Shown piece by piece: positions 28,432 to 38,636 of a stretch of DNA of 64,000 bases. Every line of letters starts with the position of its first letter. Position 1 is the first letter of the stretch. Source of the stretch: Myxococcales bacterium (GTDB lineage Bacteria; Myxococcota_A; UBA9042). The notes beneath the pieces were generated by a model. It did not search any database. It was given only the letters and a program-made list of their open reading frames with translations, and was not told the origin of the DNA. The stretch is from NCBI GenBank assembly GCA_023954815.1, contig JAGSHB010000002.1, positions 21,990-85,989 on the forward strand, given 5' to 3'. A program made the position numbers and the translations under genes.

Positions 28432-29120
28432 GACCACCACCTCCAAAAGACAGCCAGCGCAACCAACGCACCGCCGCGAACGAGCCACCACGCCGGCCGC
28501 GGATACCGAACCGCCGATTTGCCAAGCCCAATGCTGTAGACCGCGACCCAGCAGACCGCAACCGCCGCGACTCGCCGAGTTCGATCTGGACCACCGAACC
28601 ATGCGCCGAGTAGCCAAACGGCGCCGATACCAGGCAGCAACCAGCCACCGTCGGCGCGCAAGAGCGAGCGCAACCTCTCATTGGCAGTGGCGCGTTTGCC
28701 GCGTTCCGCATCGACCGTCGCTGCGATAAACGTCAGGAGGAGCCCTGCAACCGCCAACCCCTGGAGCGGACTGGTCACCCGAGGGCCGAGCAGCTCCGGG
28801 CAAGCCACGAGCGGCGGAATCAAACTACCGAGCCCAGTGACCAACAGCGTGCGGGCCTGCGCCAGCGCCGCAGACAAGGTCGTCAGCAGCAACGGCAAGC
28901 CCACTAGCACCATACAAACCGGGCGCGTCAGCCGTTGGCCGGGATAGAGCCAGAGATAGGGAACCGCTACGGTCACAGCCCACAGCGCCCACGCCCACAC
29001 GAGCGGACGCAGCAAGCGGCGCACCGAACGCACGCGGCGACGAGTCGTGTCGCCGATAGACTTGAGCGCATTGTGACGGACCGGCACCATGGGCGCCATG
29101 ATAGCGGTGGATGCAACCAT
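28428..29120 (-). CDS. Trp-rich polytopic membrane protein (start uncertain)
   Basis: Hydrophobic helix periodicity is on the minus strand only. Candidate ATG at 29120, with other ATG/GTG starts possible up to 29270. Confidence 0.4.
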   Translation of the reverse strand: MVASTAIMAPMVPVRHNALKSIGDTTRRRVRSVRRLLRPLVWAWALWAVTVAVPYLWLYPGQRLTRPVCMVLVGLPLLLTTLSAALAQARTLLVTGLGSLIPPLVACPELLGPRVTSPLQGLAVAGLLLTFIAATVDAERGKRATANERLRSLLRADGGWLLPGIGAVWLLGAWFGGPDRTRRVAAVAVCWVAVYSIGLGKSAVRYPRPAWWLVRGGALVALAVFWRWWS

Positions 29121-29889
29121 GACCAGTAGTCGTATCGGAGAGACTGGCTCAAGTTGGGTTCGGCCACGGCACAGGTGGGCGCAAGTCAGCTCCGCTGCGA
29201 CGCTGCTAGTCGTTTGTTCCCTCGTTGCCTGCCCCGCCTTGGGTCGTGACATGACTGGGAAAGGCGGCATCGGCCTGCTCCAGTCCAGTCACCCCCAGAT
29301 GAACCTGCTGCCCACCCTAACCTTTCGCTATTGGGGCGCCCGCTCCTGCTGGGAGGCGTTGGTCGGTTTTGGCCTCTTGCGCGATCGCGATACGACGGCT
29401 GTGCTCCTGAAGACGGCCCCGGATGAAGAAGTCCTCATGGCCGATAGCGCGGTGCCGAGCGAAGGGGTCCAGAGCGCAACGCAGCTCTTTCTCGATACGA
29501 CCCGGATCTATTTCGGACTGGGCTTCCACAAAATCGTGGTCAATACGCCGCGGCTCACCGTCACACTGGGTGCCCGCGGCATCGCGCAATATTCGACGAC
29601 GGAGCGCAAGAAGCGGCAACAAGGCGAATCCGATGCCGGCACCGTGATCAGCGCGCTCGCGCTTTTGGGGGAGTTCCCGCTGCAAGCTGAGTTCTTTCTC
29701 TCCGACCACAGCAGTATCGTCGCCATGGTCGCGCTCACGGCCTCCGTCGCGAGCAGTTTCCAGGCCACCAGCAACCAAGACAGCGGCCTCGCAGAGTTGC
29801 TAGGAACGACCGCGACGGGTAGAGGTGGCGTCGCGCTGCAACTCGGCGGCCGCTATTCAGGCGGACTCGGTTTCACCTACTACTTCTGA
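29119..29889 (+). CDS. Putative outer-membrane beta-barrel protein
   Basis: Signal peptide (…LLVVCSLVACPALG). Alternating amphipathic strands. C-terminal ...GFTYYF aromatic terminus. Start ambiguous (29089 vs 29119). Confidence 0.45.
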   Translation: MTSSRIGETGSSWVRPRHRWAQVSSAATLLVVCSLVACPALGRDMTGKGGIGLLQSSHPQMNLLPTLTFRYWGARSCWEALVGFGLLRDRDTTAVLLKTAPDEEVLMADSAVPSEGVQSATQLFLDTTRIYFGLGFHKIVVNTPRLTVTLGARGIAQYSTTERKKRQQGESDAGTVISALALLGEFPLQAEFFLSDHSSIVAMVALTASVASSFQATSNQDSGLAELLGTTATGRGGVALQLGGRYSGGLGFTYYF

Positions 29890-29956
29890 ACATGCAGCCA
29901 CCGTCACACCCGCTGGTGATGTGTATGGCCGGCCCCAACACCCAGGATCACAGCAG

Positions 29957-30418
29957 ATGGATGTCGCGCTCGTTGAGCCAGAAATTCCCGGAAATACAGG
30001 GGCAATTGGGCGTGTCTGTGTGGGCACCGGCACCGGGCTACACCTAGTCGGGCAGCTCGGATTTGATATTTCCGATCGAGCCGTCAAGCGCGCGGGACTG
30101 GACTACTGGCCCAACGTCGACCTACACGTGCACCCCGATATGGGCGACTGGGAAGCGCAGATGAAAGACCGCCGTATTTGGCTGTTTTCAACCCGTGGGC
30201 AACGCAGATACGACGAGGTGAGCTTCCAGAAGGACGATGTGCTGGTTTTTGGCCGTGAGAGTCGTGGACTGCCGCAGGATTTTGTCGATCGCCACGCCGA
30301 CAGAGTCCTCACCCTGCCAATGAACGGGATGATTCGTAGTTTGAACCTAGCCAATGTCGTCACGGCGGTCGTTTTTGAGGCGTTGCGCCAACAGGGCTTT
30401 CCACACGTGGACCGGTAG
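29957..30418 (+). CDS. trmL: SpoU/TrmL-type tRNA (cytidine/uridine-2'-O)-methyltransferase
   Basis: ATG at 29957. SPOUT motifs EPEIPGNTGAIGR, LVFGRESRGLP and SLNLANVVTAVVFEALRQ. Confidence 0.8.
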   Translation: MDVALVEPEIPGNTGAIGRVCVGTGTGLHLVGQLGFDISDRAVKRAGLDYWPNVDLHVHPDMGDWEAQMKDRRIWLFSTRGQRRYDEVSFQKDDVLVFGRESRGLPQDFVDRHADRVLTLPMNGMIRSLNLANVVTAVVFEALRQQGFPHVDR

Positions 30419-30421
30419 CCG

Positions 30422-31750
30422 TCACACCAGCCCAGCAGGACTGCCGAGCACGCCGTCGGGATCCCATGTCCGCGACAGGCCGGTCAGCAGCACTTTGCTC
30501 CCAGGGCCCATGCGCTCCCGAGCGATGTTGCGCAGCGCGCCACCCAACCCCACAGGAACAGCGCCAGCGTCGAGCAAGTGACGTACGCCCGTGACGAGGG
30601 GATGTCGCTCACTCCCCGGACCACGAAAGCGATAGCGAATCCGCACATAATCCGCGCCAAAAGCCCAGCTTCTCAGGACTTTGGGGCCCTCTGCTGATGC
30701 CTGAAGCGCGTCGGACACGTCGAGCACCTTGAGCGCGTCCGGCCAGCTGCACCGCACCTCAAAAGTCGCACCGGTGACCTTCGAGGCCTCTGGCCATTGG
30801 CCTGGTTCATGGCCGAGACGCACGCGGCGAGCTTCGCTTTCCCACGGACCCATGCGGACGCGGTGACGGCTGAAAGCGGCGCTGGCGAGCTCCGTTACGG
30901 CGGCGAGATCGGCTTCGCCCCGCCAGGTCGCGGCACGGACCGCGACACGACCACGACTGCCCTCGTCGACCAGTACGGTATCCACGGCGCGCTTGGTAAT
31001 CGCCAAGCGGGCGGCGCTCATCACACTCAACACCCGCTTCCTATCCGTCTTGCCGGTGCGCACGCTCCACGCCACCCACGGCGCTGGATGCAACCGCAGT
31101 GTAACCTCGCAGAGCACAGCCAGTCGGCCAGCAGCGCCCAGCAGCAAGCCCGCAGGATCAGGCAAGCCCTCACTGCGCCACGGCACAGAAGTCAAAAGCG
31201 CGGCATGACCCACGCTGACCTGCCGGCCGTTGCCCGCGACCACATTCGCACTCACCACATCAGAGAGCAGAGACGCGTCACCGAGACCGATCTCACCGGA
31301 GACGCCTGCGCCGAGTAGGGCGCCGATCGTCTCATCGCCGAGCAGCGCGGGAACGCCCCGGAGACAGAGCCTCGCTTGGCGCGCAGCGCGGTCCACCGCA
31401 TGTACAGCGACACCGGCGCCGACCGTGACGACCCTGCGGCTGATGTCGATCGCCGGTGGTCTATCCAGCCCGCGCGCATCAACGACCACGACACCCGCGA
31501 GATCGCTGGGCTCAACCGCGGGCAGACCACTACGAACCACAACGGCGAGATGGCGAGCGCGGGCGATCTTCAGGAGAACGCGCACTTGTTCAGCAGAAGA
31601 GGGACGAACCACGGCGACGGGATCTTGATCGTCAGGCAATCCACAACGCTCACGGGCAGGCGCACCGATCCAAACGCGGTCGGCACCGACGCGGTCGATC
31701 AAGTCCCCGCGCGCGGCGTTGGTAGCTGCGACAGCCCGACGATCCCTCAT
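30422..31750 (-). CDS. FAD-binding (PCMH-type) FAD-linked oxidoreductase
   Basis: ATG at 31750. FAD-binding domain pattern (VVRPSSAEQV..., GAGV..GE). Confidence 0.6.
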   Translation of the reverse strand: MRDRRAVAATNAARGDLIDRVGADRVWIGAPARERCGLPDDQDPVAVVRPSSAEQVRVLLKIARARHLAVVVRSGLPAVEPSDLAGVVVVDARGLDRPPAIDISRRVVTVGAGVAVHAVDRAARQARLCLRGVPALLGDETIGALLGAGVSGEIGLGDASLLSDVVSANVVAGNGRQVSVGHAALLTSVPWRSEGLPDPAGLLLGAAGRLAVLCEVTLRLHPAPWVAWSVRTGKTDRKRVLSVMSAARLAITKRAVDTVLVDEGSRGRVAVRAATWRGEADLAAVTELASAAFSRHRVRMGPWESEARRVRLGHEPGQWPEASKVTGATFEVRCSWPDALKVLDVSDALQASAEGPKVLRSWAFGADYVRIRYRFRGPGSERHPLVTGVRHLLDAGAVPVGLGGALRNIARERMGPGSKVLLTGLSRTWDPDGVLGSPAGLV

Positions 31751-31835
31751 GAGCGCAACATAGCAGCGCAGCGCCGATGAAAAAAGGCACACTGCGCTGG
31801 GCGCCTGTAACCACCTTTCAGCATGCAGCCCCCCC

Positions 31836-32834
31836 TCACCTGTAAACCCTTGAGACGACGTTGAGCAGCACGTTGCTGAGGGTGTGATTGACCGCCGGCG
31901 CGATCACGGACCGACTGCGCTCGGTGAGCCAGGCGAACAGCAGACCCGGGAAGAAGACCAACAGGCGGTGCGCCGAGGGCACGGCGACAAGGTGAATGAG
32001 CGCAAACAGCGCCGCGCTCAGCACGTGGGCGCTGCCAAACGGCACGCCGAGCAATCGACGACGTGCAGGCAGGGCGACGCGAAGCCGGCCGAGAACCCAA
32101 CCACGAAAGAAGATCTCTTCGGGCAGCGCGATCACCAAAAACTGACTCGCGAGCAGCCAAAATAGCCACAACCGACTTCGACGCAGATCCAATGTGGGCG
32201 CATCTTGCGCAGCGCCATCACCGGCAGCGATGACGACGCCACTGGGCAACGCACGCCCATCTGGCCGGGTCAGCTTCATGTGGCGCGCTTGAGCCTCTGA
32301 TACGAGCAGTCGCCTCGTCGGCCGAAGTTCGAATCGCTCCGCTCCCGCGCGCACCACAATCGTCGCGGCTGTGCGGTTGTCGATAGCGAGCTTGTGCCCC
32401 TCCTCAGACAGGGAGACGTGGCCAGCCAGCAAGGGACTTGTGCGCTGATAGGCCTGACCAAAAGACAGCACGCCGGGGCCGGCAAATCGGGTCTGCTGAA
32501 GAACACGCGTGGCCAGTATGTCGTAGCCGAGGATAAAGGGCAGCGCGATGATCGCGGTTGCAGCGAGCCCGAGCAACAGCGATGGGACCAAAGGCACTTG
32601 GCCGATGCCGAGCGGATCTCCCTCGAACGGACGGAAATGAGCCAACAGCAGCGGTAGCCCAATAAACACACCGGCCACTGCGGCACCTGCCCAGGGCGCA
32701 AAGACTGGCAGGACGCGGCTCAGTGCTTCGATGATGGCGAGACCCGCACCGGCCGCGCAGGTCCCCAGCACAACTTCAATGACGGCGTGGCGTGGCGACG
32801 GCGAATGGGCGCTGGCTTCAGGCACTTTCGGCAT
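31836..32834 (-). CDS. CPBP-family (CAAX) intramembrane metalloprotease
   Basis: EEIFFRGWVLGRL and FALIHL motifs. Multiple TM helices. ATG at 32834, though longer alternative starts exist. Confidence 0.6.
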   Translation of the reverse strand: MPKVPEASAHSPSPRHAVIEVVLGTCAAGAGLAIIEALSRVLPVFAPWAGAAVAGVFIGLPLLLAHFRPFEGDPLGIGQVPLVPSLLLGLAATAIIALPFILGYDILATRVLQQTRFAGPGVLSFGQAYQRTSPLLAGHVSLSEEGHKLAIDNRTAATIVVRAGAERFELRPTRRLLVSEAQARHMKLTRPDGRALPSGVVIAAGDGAAQDAPTLDLRRSRLWLFWLLASQFLVIALPEEIFFRGWVLGRLRVALPARRRLLGVPFGSAHVLSAALFALIHLVAVPSAHRLLVFFPGLLFAWLTERSRSVIAPAVNHTLSNVLLNVVSRVYR

Positions 32835-34611
32835 GAGCCGCAACGAGGAAGTTGTTGTAGGCGCCCTTGTTCTGACCCTCAGAGACGCGCTCGATATGCA
32901 ATACGAAGACCTGACCACTGTCACGCCTGTCGGGCACGCGCAGCAGCTTGCCATTGAGGAAGATCGTCACCCAGCTACCCTCAACCTGGACGGGGAAGTT
33001 CACCATCAGCCGTTGATCGAGCTGCGGCACCACATCGAGCGTGTGAATTTGCAGCGCTAGCGGCGCAGCGGTGACCACTGTACCGGGCACAAAGCGGCCA
33101 TCGAGCTCGTAGGTCACTGGCAGCTGCACTTCAACCGTGGCGTTTTCAGGCAGTGCCGGCGAGGACGAGACGCCCGTCAAGATCGGACCACCAATGGTCG
33201 AGTTCTGGCCTCCACGAGCGAAGATCATCGAGTGTTCCTGCTCGCCAGACTCCGCATTGAACGCGGTGCTCAGCCCACCGGAATCTCTGCGACGACCATT
33301 GGAAGCCACCCGCATCTTCTCGCGCTCAACCTCGCGCTCCTGACGACGTTTCTCCCGTGCTTGCTCCTCCAGCTTGTGATACTTCGCGGCGACTTTGCGG
33401 GCGCCGGTCGCGAAGGGATCGTCCTGGACAATCACCTGAGAGTTCCGCCGTCCAGAGGTCCGCGGTTGCCCGCCAGATTCATAGGAGGACCACGACGACG
33501 CGGTGGATTTGCGCCGATTGCTCTGCGATGTGGGCTGGGAAAACGGAGAGATGATGCGCGATGTCTCGGGCTTTTTTCCTGCAAACACACGACTTTCTTC
33601 CGGCTGACGAAGATCAAAGGAAGACTCAGTGCTGACTGGTGTTCGCTCATCGACGGCGTCGAGGTCCACTTCTGGTTCGCCGGCGATCGCCACCTGTGGC
33701 TTCACTGCAAAGACCGGCATGGCAGAGGAGCTCGCCGCGGAAGCGCTGGGCGGCTGAAACACACCACTGTCGAGCGCGGCTTGCGACGGCCGCGCGACGG
33801 TAAATGGATTGCTCTGCACAGCGCTCATACGCCTGGCCGCTGTCGGCGTCTGCGCGGTGATCGTGGCCGGGTTGGGTCGGGTTGCGGAACCACGGCGATG
33901 GGGAGGCGGCTGCACAGATGGGGGCGTTGGCGACCCTGCAGCCGGCGTACTGGGCGCCTTCGCTGCAAAGGCGGGCTTATCCGACGTACTGAAGCGACGC
34001 TCTTTGGGACGTTGGGCAGCGCCAATCGTCGGATTGACGGGCTCTCCGGTCGACTCACGAGACAGCTGCTCTGGCGGCCTCACACGACTGCCGCGACGCT
34101 GCCGAGGCATGGCATCTTGAATCGGATTTTCAGGGCGCCCTGTGAGACGTGAGCCAGAACCAGCGGACGACGCGCGTGAGCTCATCGCCGACTCAAGCTC
34201 AATGGGCTCGCCCGACTCGGGAAAGAGGAAGGTAACGGCCCCCACGCGCGGCAGATGTTCTGGAGCGATGCCTGGAACGCGTAAAACAGTGCGCAACACG
34301 TGATAGACCGGCTGACCGCCCGCATCGCTGTGAGCCGATAGAAACCGAACCGCGAAACCCGGCTGCCGACCGCCGCCGATCTCATTGACGCGGACGACCT
34401 CGGCAACGACAAGAACAGGCGGAATCTTGAGCCCAGTCGGTCGAACAGCGATCTCGAGTTGCGTCCCCACGGGCGGACTGTTGCGCGCGGCAAAGAATGC
34501 TCCGGTAGCTGAGATGTCGGTCGTGACGCAACTGAGCTCTGCTTCGCCAAAATGCACTTTGAACGACAGCATCGCCATGCGGCGCGGATAGATGCGGCGA
34601 TCGTGGAACAT
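32818..34611 (-). CDS. PilZ-domain protein with long Ser/Pro/Ala-rich disordered region and distinct C-terminal domain
   Basis: ATG at 34611 with AGGAG upstream. PilZ motifs RIYPR (RxxxR) and DISATG (DxSxxG). Confidence 0.7.
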   Translation of the reverse strand: MFHDRRIYPRRMAMLSFKVHFGEAELSCVTTDISATGAFFAARNSPPVGTQLEIAVRPTGLKIPPVLVVAEVVRVNEIGGGRQPGFAVRFLSAHSDAGGQPVYHVLRTVLRVPGIAPEHLPRVGAVTFLFPESGEPIELESAMSSRASSAGSGSRLTGRPENPIQDAMPRQRRGSRVRPPEQLSRESTGEPVNPTIGAAQRPKERRFSTSDKPAFAAKAPSTPAAGSPTPPSVQPPPHRRGSATRPNPATITAQTPTAARRMSAVQSNPFTVARPSQAALDSGVFQPPSASAASSSAMPVFAVKPQVAIAGEPEVDLDAVDERTPVSTESSFDLRQPEESRVFAGKKPETSRIISPFSQPTSQSNRRKSTASSWSSYESGGQPRTSGRRNSQVIVQDDPFATGARKVAAKYHKLEEQAREKRRQEREVEREKMRVASNGRRRDSGGLSTAFNAESGEQEHSMIFARGGQNSTIGGPILTGVSSSPALPENATVEVQLPVTYELDGRFVPGTVVTAAPLALQIHTLDVVPQLDQRLMVNFPVQVEGSWVTIFLNGKLLRVPDRRDSGQVFVLHIERVSEGQNKGAYNNFLVAAHAESA

Positions 34612-34768
34612 CCGGCTCCTTGGTGCACTGGTCACCCTATGCTACCGCCCAGCGGCCCGCCGCAAAAGCCCATGGCTCAGTCCACCGATATAGACCGCAG
34701 CACGCCAGGACTGGGAGGTCCTGATCGCACCGTGTCTACCGTCGCGTGCGTGCGGGGCCAATAGCTAT

Positions 34769-35926
34769 CTACGCAGACTGCGGCCGCTCGAAGAGACCTG
34801 CCGCACCCATGCCACCACCGACGCACATGGTCACCATGCCGTAGCGGCCGCCGGTCCGTTTCAGGCTGTGCAGGACGGTAGCGGTCAGCTTGGCGCCTGT
34901 GGCTCCGAGCGGATGTCCCAATGCAATCGCGCCGCCGTAAGGATTGACCTTGGCTGTGTCGAGGCCCAGCTCCCGAATGACAGCCAGCGACTGGGCTGCG
35001 AACGCCTCGTTGAGCTCGATGTGGTCGATCTCGTCGAGGCTCACGCCGGTTCTTTCCAGCAGTTTCGGGATGGCCGCGACCGGACCAATACCCATGATCT
35101 CCGGCGCGACACCAGCGGCCACAAATCCGCGGTAAATGCCCAAAATCTCGGCTCCTAGCTCGTTGGCCTTGGCCTCGCTCATGACCACGACAGCTGCCGC
35201 GCCGTCGGTCAGTGGGCTGGCGTTGCCAGCCGTCACCGTGCCGCCGCGCTGCTGAAAGACCGGCCGTAATTTGCCGAGGCCTTCGACTGTGGTGCCGGGC
35301 CGGGGCAGCTCGTCCGCATCGAGGGCACCCATGGGGGTATCCACCGGCACGATCTCGTCGGAGAAGACGTCTTCCGCCAAGGCCTTCGCAGCCCGATTCT
35401 GGCTCTCCACGGCGAAGGCGTCCTGATCGGCGCGGCTGACATCGTACTTGGCAGCCACGCGTTCGGCGGTATGCCCCATCGGCATGTACACCTCGGGCCA
35501 CTCAGTGATGAACTGCGGGTGCGGAGCCAACTTGAAACCCGTCATGGGCACGGAGCTCATGGATTCGACACCACCGGCGACGAGAATGTCGGCGCCGCCT
35601 GCGATGATGCGTTCCGCCGCCTGAGCGATGGTCTGCAACCCGCTGCTGCAGAAGCGATTGACGGTGACGCCAGGCACATCCACCCCGAGACCGGCGCGCA
35701 GCGCGGCGATCCGAGCGAGGTTCATGCCCTGGGGGCCTTCGGGCATGGCGCAACCCAAGATGACGTCTTCCACGTCTTCGGGCTTGAGTCCCGCTACCTG
35801 CTCGACAGCGGCGCGGATGCTGATGGCGGCGAGATCTTCCGGCCGCACTTTGGCGAGCGTGCCTTTAAGGCCCCGGCCACATGGGGTGCGAACAGCCGAG
35901 ACAATGACAGCGTTACGAGTAGTCAT
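34769..35926 (-). CDS. fadA: Acetyl-CoA C-acyltransferase (3-ketoacyl-CoA thiolase)
   Basis: ATG at 35926 with AGGAGA RBS. Thiolase motifs (NRFCSSGL, C-terminal GGGMG). Confidence 0.9.
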   Translation of the reverse strand: MTTRNAVIVSAVRTPCGRGLKGTLAKVRPEDLAAISIRAAVEQVAGLKPEDVEDVILGCAMPEGPQGMNLARIAALRAGLGVDVPGVTVNRFCSSGLQTIAQAAERIIAGGADILVAGGVESMSSVPMTGFKLAPHPQFITEWPEVYMPMGHTAERVAAKYDVSRADQDAFAVESQNRAAKALAEDVFSDEIVPVDTPMGALDADELPRPGTTVEGLGKLRPVFQQRGGTVTAGNASPLTDGAAAVVVMSEAKANELGAEILGIYRGFVAAGVAPEIMGIGPVAAIPKLLERTGVSLDEIDHIELNEAFAAQSLAVIRELGLDTAKVNPYGGAIALGHPLGATGAKLTATVLHSLKRTGGRYGMVTMCVGGGMGAAGLFERPQSA

Positions 35927-35984
35927 GATCGTTCTCCTAACAAAGAGGGTTCGCGGCGTGGTTGTGTCCGCCGCAATGGGCGGA

Positions 35985-38378
35985 TTAGTTACGCAGCGGC
36001 TTGCCGGTCTTGAGCATGTGCATGATGCGCGCCTGGGTCTTCTCCAAGCCGCATAGGTGCAGGAAGCCCTCACGCTCGATGTCGAGCAGCTGCTGCTCGG
36101 TGACCTTGCCACCCTTTTCGCCGCCGCAGAGCACGCGCGCGATTTGGTGTCCGAGGATGCAATCGTGCTCCGATGCCATGGCGCTCCACTTGAACGCGTT
36201 GAGCGCCATGTCGAAGGCGGCGATGCCGTCGGCACCGGGTAGGTTGAGCACGGGTGCATCCGGCGCCCGGTAGTTGTTGGCGACGAGCTGCAGGGCGACC
36301 CGCTTGGCGTCGCCGATGCGAGCGTCTGAGTCGATGGACCAGCTATCCACATCCCGCAAAAAGCCCATCTCAGCCATCTGGCCAGCGCCGGTCGCAACCT
36401 TTGCCAGCGCCATGGTCTCAAAGCTCTTTTGCAGGAAAGGCACGACGTCCGTTTTGACGCCGCCGGGGATGGCCTGCGCCGCACGAACGGTCATCTCCTT
36501 GGTGCCACCGGCGCCCGGGATCAGCCCCACACCGACCTCGACGAGGCCCATGTAGGTCTCGGCGGCGGCCTGCATGCGACTGGAATGAATGGCCACCTCG
36601 CAGCCGCCACCTAAGGTCATGCCGTGGGGCGCGCTGACCACAGGGCGAGACGAGTACTTCAGCGCGTGGGTGAACTGCTGGAACGTGTTGACCGCCGCCT
36701 CGAGCTCTTTCCACTTGCCGGCCTGGATCAGCCCGCCGATGAACATGAGGTTAGCGCCAACAGAGAAGTTCTTGCCGTCGTTGCCGATGACCAGCGCGTC
36801 GTAGTCGCCGGTGGAGATCAGCTCTAGCGCCTCGGTGCCCATCTGCACGATGTCGCCGTCGAGTGAGTTGGACTTGGTGGTAAAGCGCAGGCAAGCGACG
36901 CCATCGCCCAAGTTGAGCAGCTGTGCGCCCTTGTTGGATGCGATGATGTTGCCGTCGTTGGCGAGCACATCCGACAGGTGAATCCCGGGCAGCGCGGGCA
37001 GCGCCTCAGGCTGTAGCTCAGCGTTCAATCCTGTCTTTGCGCCCGGTTTTCCGGCGTAGAAGCTGGTTTTGCCGGCGGCGAGCATGTCACTGACCAGCTT
37101 GGGCACAGCGCGTCCCTCGGCCGTGAGACGATCAGCGACGTTCTGCACGCCGATGGCGTCCCAGATCTCGAAAGGTCCCAAGTCCCAGTTAAAACCCCAA
37201 CGCACACCGCGGTCGATGCTCACGACGTCGTCTGCGATTTCGCCCATGCGGTTGGCCGCGTAGACCAAAGAGGCCGACGTGACCTTCCACGCGAACTGAC
37301 CCACGCGGTCATCCGCAGCCACCACACCGGCGATGCGCTTGGCGACGTCTGCTGTCTTCTTAGCCTGACCCAAGCTCTCTGTACGCAACTTCTCCCGGGC
37401 GACGTAATCCCCCGAGGCAGCGTCGAACACCAAGATGTCGCGGCCGACCTTCTTGTAAAAACCTGCGCCAGCCTTGCGGCCGGTCGCGCCGGCTTCGATG
37501 AGCTTCGCGACGGGCTCCGGCAGGACGAAGACATCGCGCTCTTCGTCGTCAGCCAGATTGTCGTAGCAGTTCTTGGCGACGTGGCCGAAGGTGTCGAGCC
37601 CGACGACGTCGGCGGTCTTGAAGATCGCGGAGGAGGGCCGACCCATGGCCGGCCCCATGATCGTGTCGATCTCGTCGATGCGGTAGCCGTCTGTCAGCCA
37701 GACCTGCAGGGCCTTCATCATGCCGTGCACGCCGATGCGGTTGGCGATGAAGTTGATGGTGTCCTTGGCGTAGACCACACCCTTGCCGAGATCGCGCTCG
37801 CAGAAGCTGTGCATCTTTGCCGTGACGGCGGGGGCGGTGTCATTGCCGGGCACGATCTCGAGCAACTTCATGTAGCGCACGGGATTGAAGAAGTGGGTCA
37901 CCAGGAAATGGCTGCGGAACGCGTCGCTGCGGCCCTCGACCATGGATGCCAACGGGATACCCGAGGTGTTCGAGGAGACGATGGTGTGGTCACCGCGAAC
38001 CGCGTCGAGCTTGGCGAAGACCGACTGCTTGATGTCGAGGCGCTCGATAACCGCCTCGACGATCCAGTCACATGAGCCGAGGTCAGCGAGATCATCGTCC
38101 AAGTTGCCTACGGAGATACGGCGCAGATCTGCAGTCTTTTGGAAGGGAGACGGCTTTTGTTTGCGCATCTTCTTCACGGCGCCAGCGGCGATGGCGTTCC
38201 GCCGCACGCGCACGTGATCGAAGGCGGCATCCAACTCACCCACGGCCGCGGGAGCGTCACGCGGGACGATGTCGACGAGCAGCACGTCCACACCAGCCGA
38301 GGCCAAGTGGGCGGCAATGCCAGAGCCCATCACACCAGCGCCAATCACACCGACACGCTCGATACGCTTGTTGGTCAT
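35985..38378 (-). CDS. Bifunctional 3-hydroxyacyl-CoA dehydrogenase / enoyl-CoA hydratase (HCDH N-terminal, ECH C-terminal; FadN-like)
   Basis: N-terminal Rossmann motif [14 protein letters not shown]-terminal crotonase fold. Lies immediately upstream of the thiolase. Confidence 0.85.
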   Translation of the reverse strand: MTNKRIERVGVIGAGVMGSGIAAHLASAGVDVLLVDIVPRDAPAAVGELDAAFDHVRVRRNAIAAGAVKKMRKQKPSPFQKTADLRRISVGNLDDDLADLGSCDWIVEAVIERLDIKQSVFAKLDAVRGDHTIVSSNTSGIPLASMVEGRSDAFRSHFLVTHFFNPVRYMKLLEIVPGNDTAPAVTAKMHSFCERDLGKGVVYAKDTINFIANRIGVHGMMKALQVWLTDGYRIDEIDTIMGPAMGRPSSAIFKTADVVGLDTFGHVAKNCYDNLADDEERDVFVLPEPVAKLIEAGATGRKAGAGFYKKVGRDILVFDAASGDYVAREKLRTESLGQAKKTADVAKRIAGVVAADDRVGQFAWKVTSASLVYAANRMGEIADDVVSIDRGVRWGFNWDLGPFEIWDAIGVQNVADRLTAEGRAVPKLVSDMLAAGKTSFYAGKPGAKTGLNAELQPEALPALPGIHLSDVLANDGNIIASNKGAQLLNLGDGVACLRFTTKSNSLDGDIVQMGTEALELISTGDYDALVIGNDGKNFSVGANLMFIGGLIQAGKWKELEAAVNTFQQFTHALKYSSRPVVSAPHGMTLGGGCEVAIHSSRMQAAAETYMGLVEVGVGLIPGAGGTKEMTVRAAQAIPGGVKTDVVPFLQKSFETMALAKVATGAGQMAEMGFLRDVDSWSIDSDARIGDAKRVALQLVANNYRAPDAPVLNLPGADGIAAFDMALNAFKWSAMASEHDCILGHQIARVLCGGEKGGKVTEQQLLDIEREGFLHLCGLEKTQARIMHMLKTGKPLRN

Positions 38379-38636
38379 CTACTTACCTCTCTCGCGTTGT
38401 AGGGCGGCGGGGCCAAGGCCGAGCCGCGGTCATTTGGAGCGCATCGAAGCGCTACGGGGGCGGTCACGCACCACCCAAAGCGGCTGCCTCTCGGGCAACG
38501 GCGCGGGCAAGCTAGCGCGGACGGTGGGGACCGGCAAGGACGCCCACACAGGACGGCACATGTGACACGGTCCGGTGTCGGAAGACTCGCCCATCAGAAT
38601 CACGTCTGACCGATGATCGCGTTGTCCGTTGTGCGC

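Noticed and set aside
28244-28947. Plus-strand ORFs 28244..28729 and 28681..28947
   Set aside because: Pro/Arg-rich nonsense translations. The minus strand shows membrane-protein hydrophobic periodicity and ATGA coupling.
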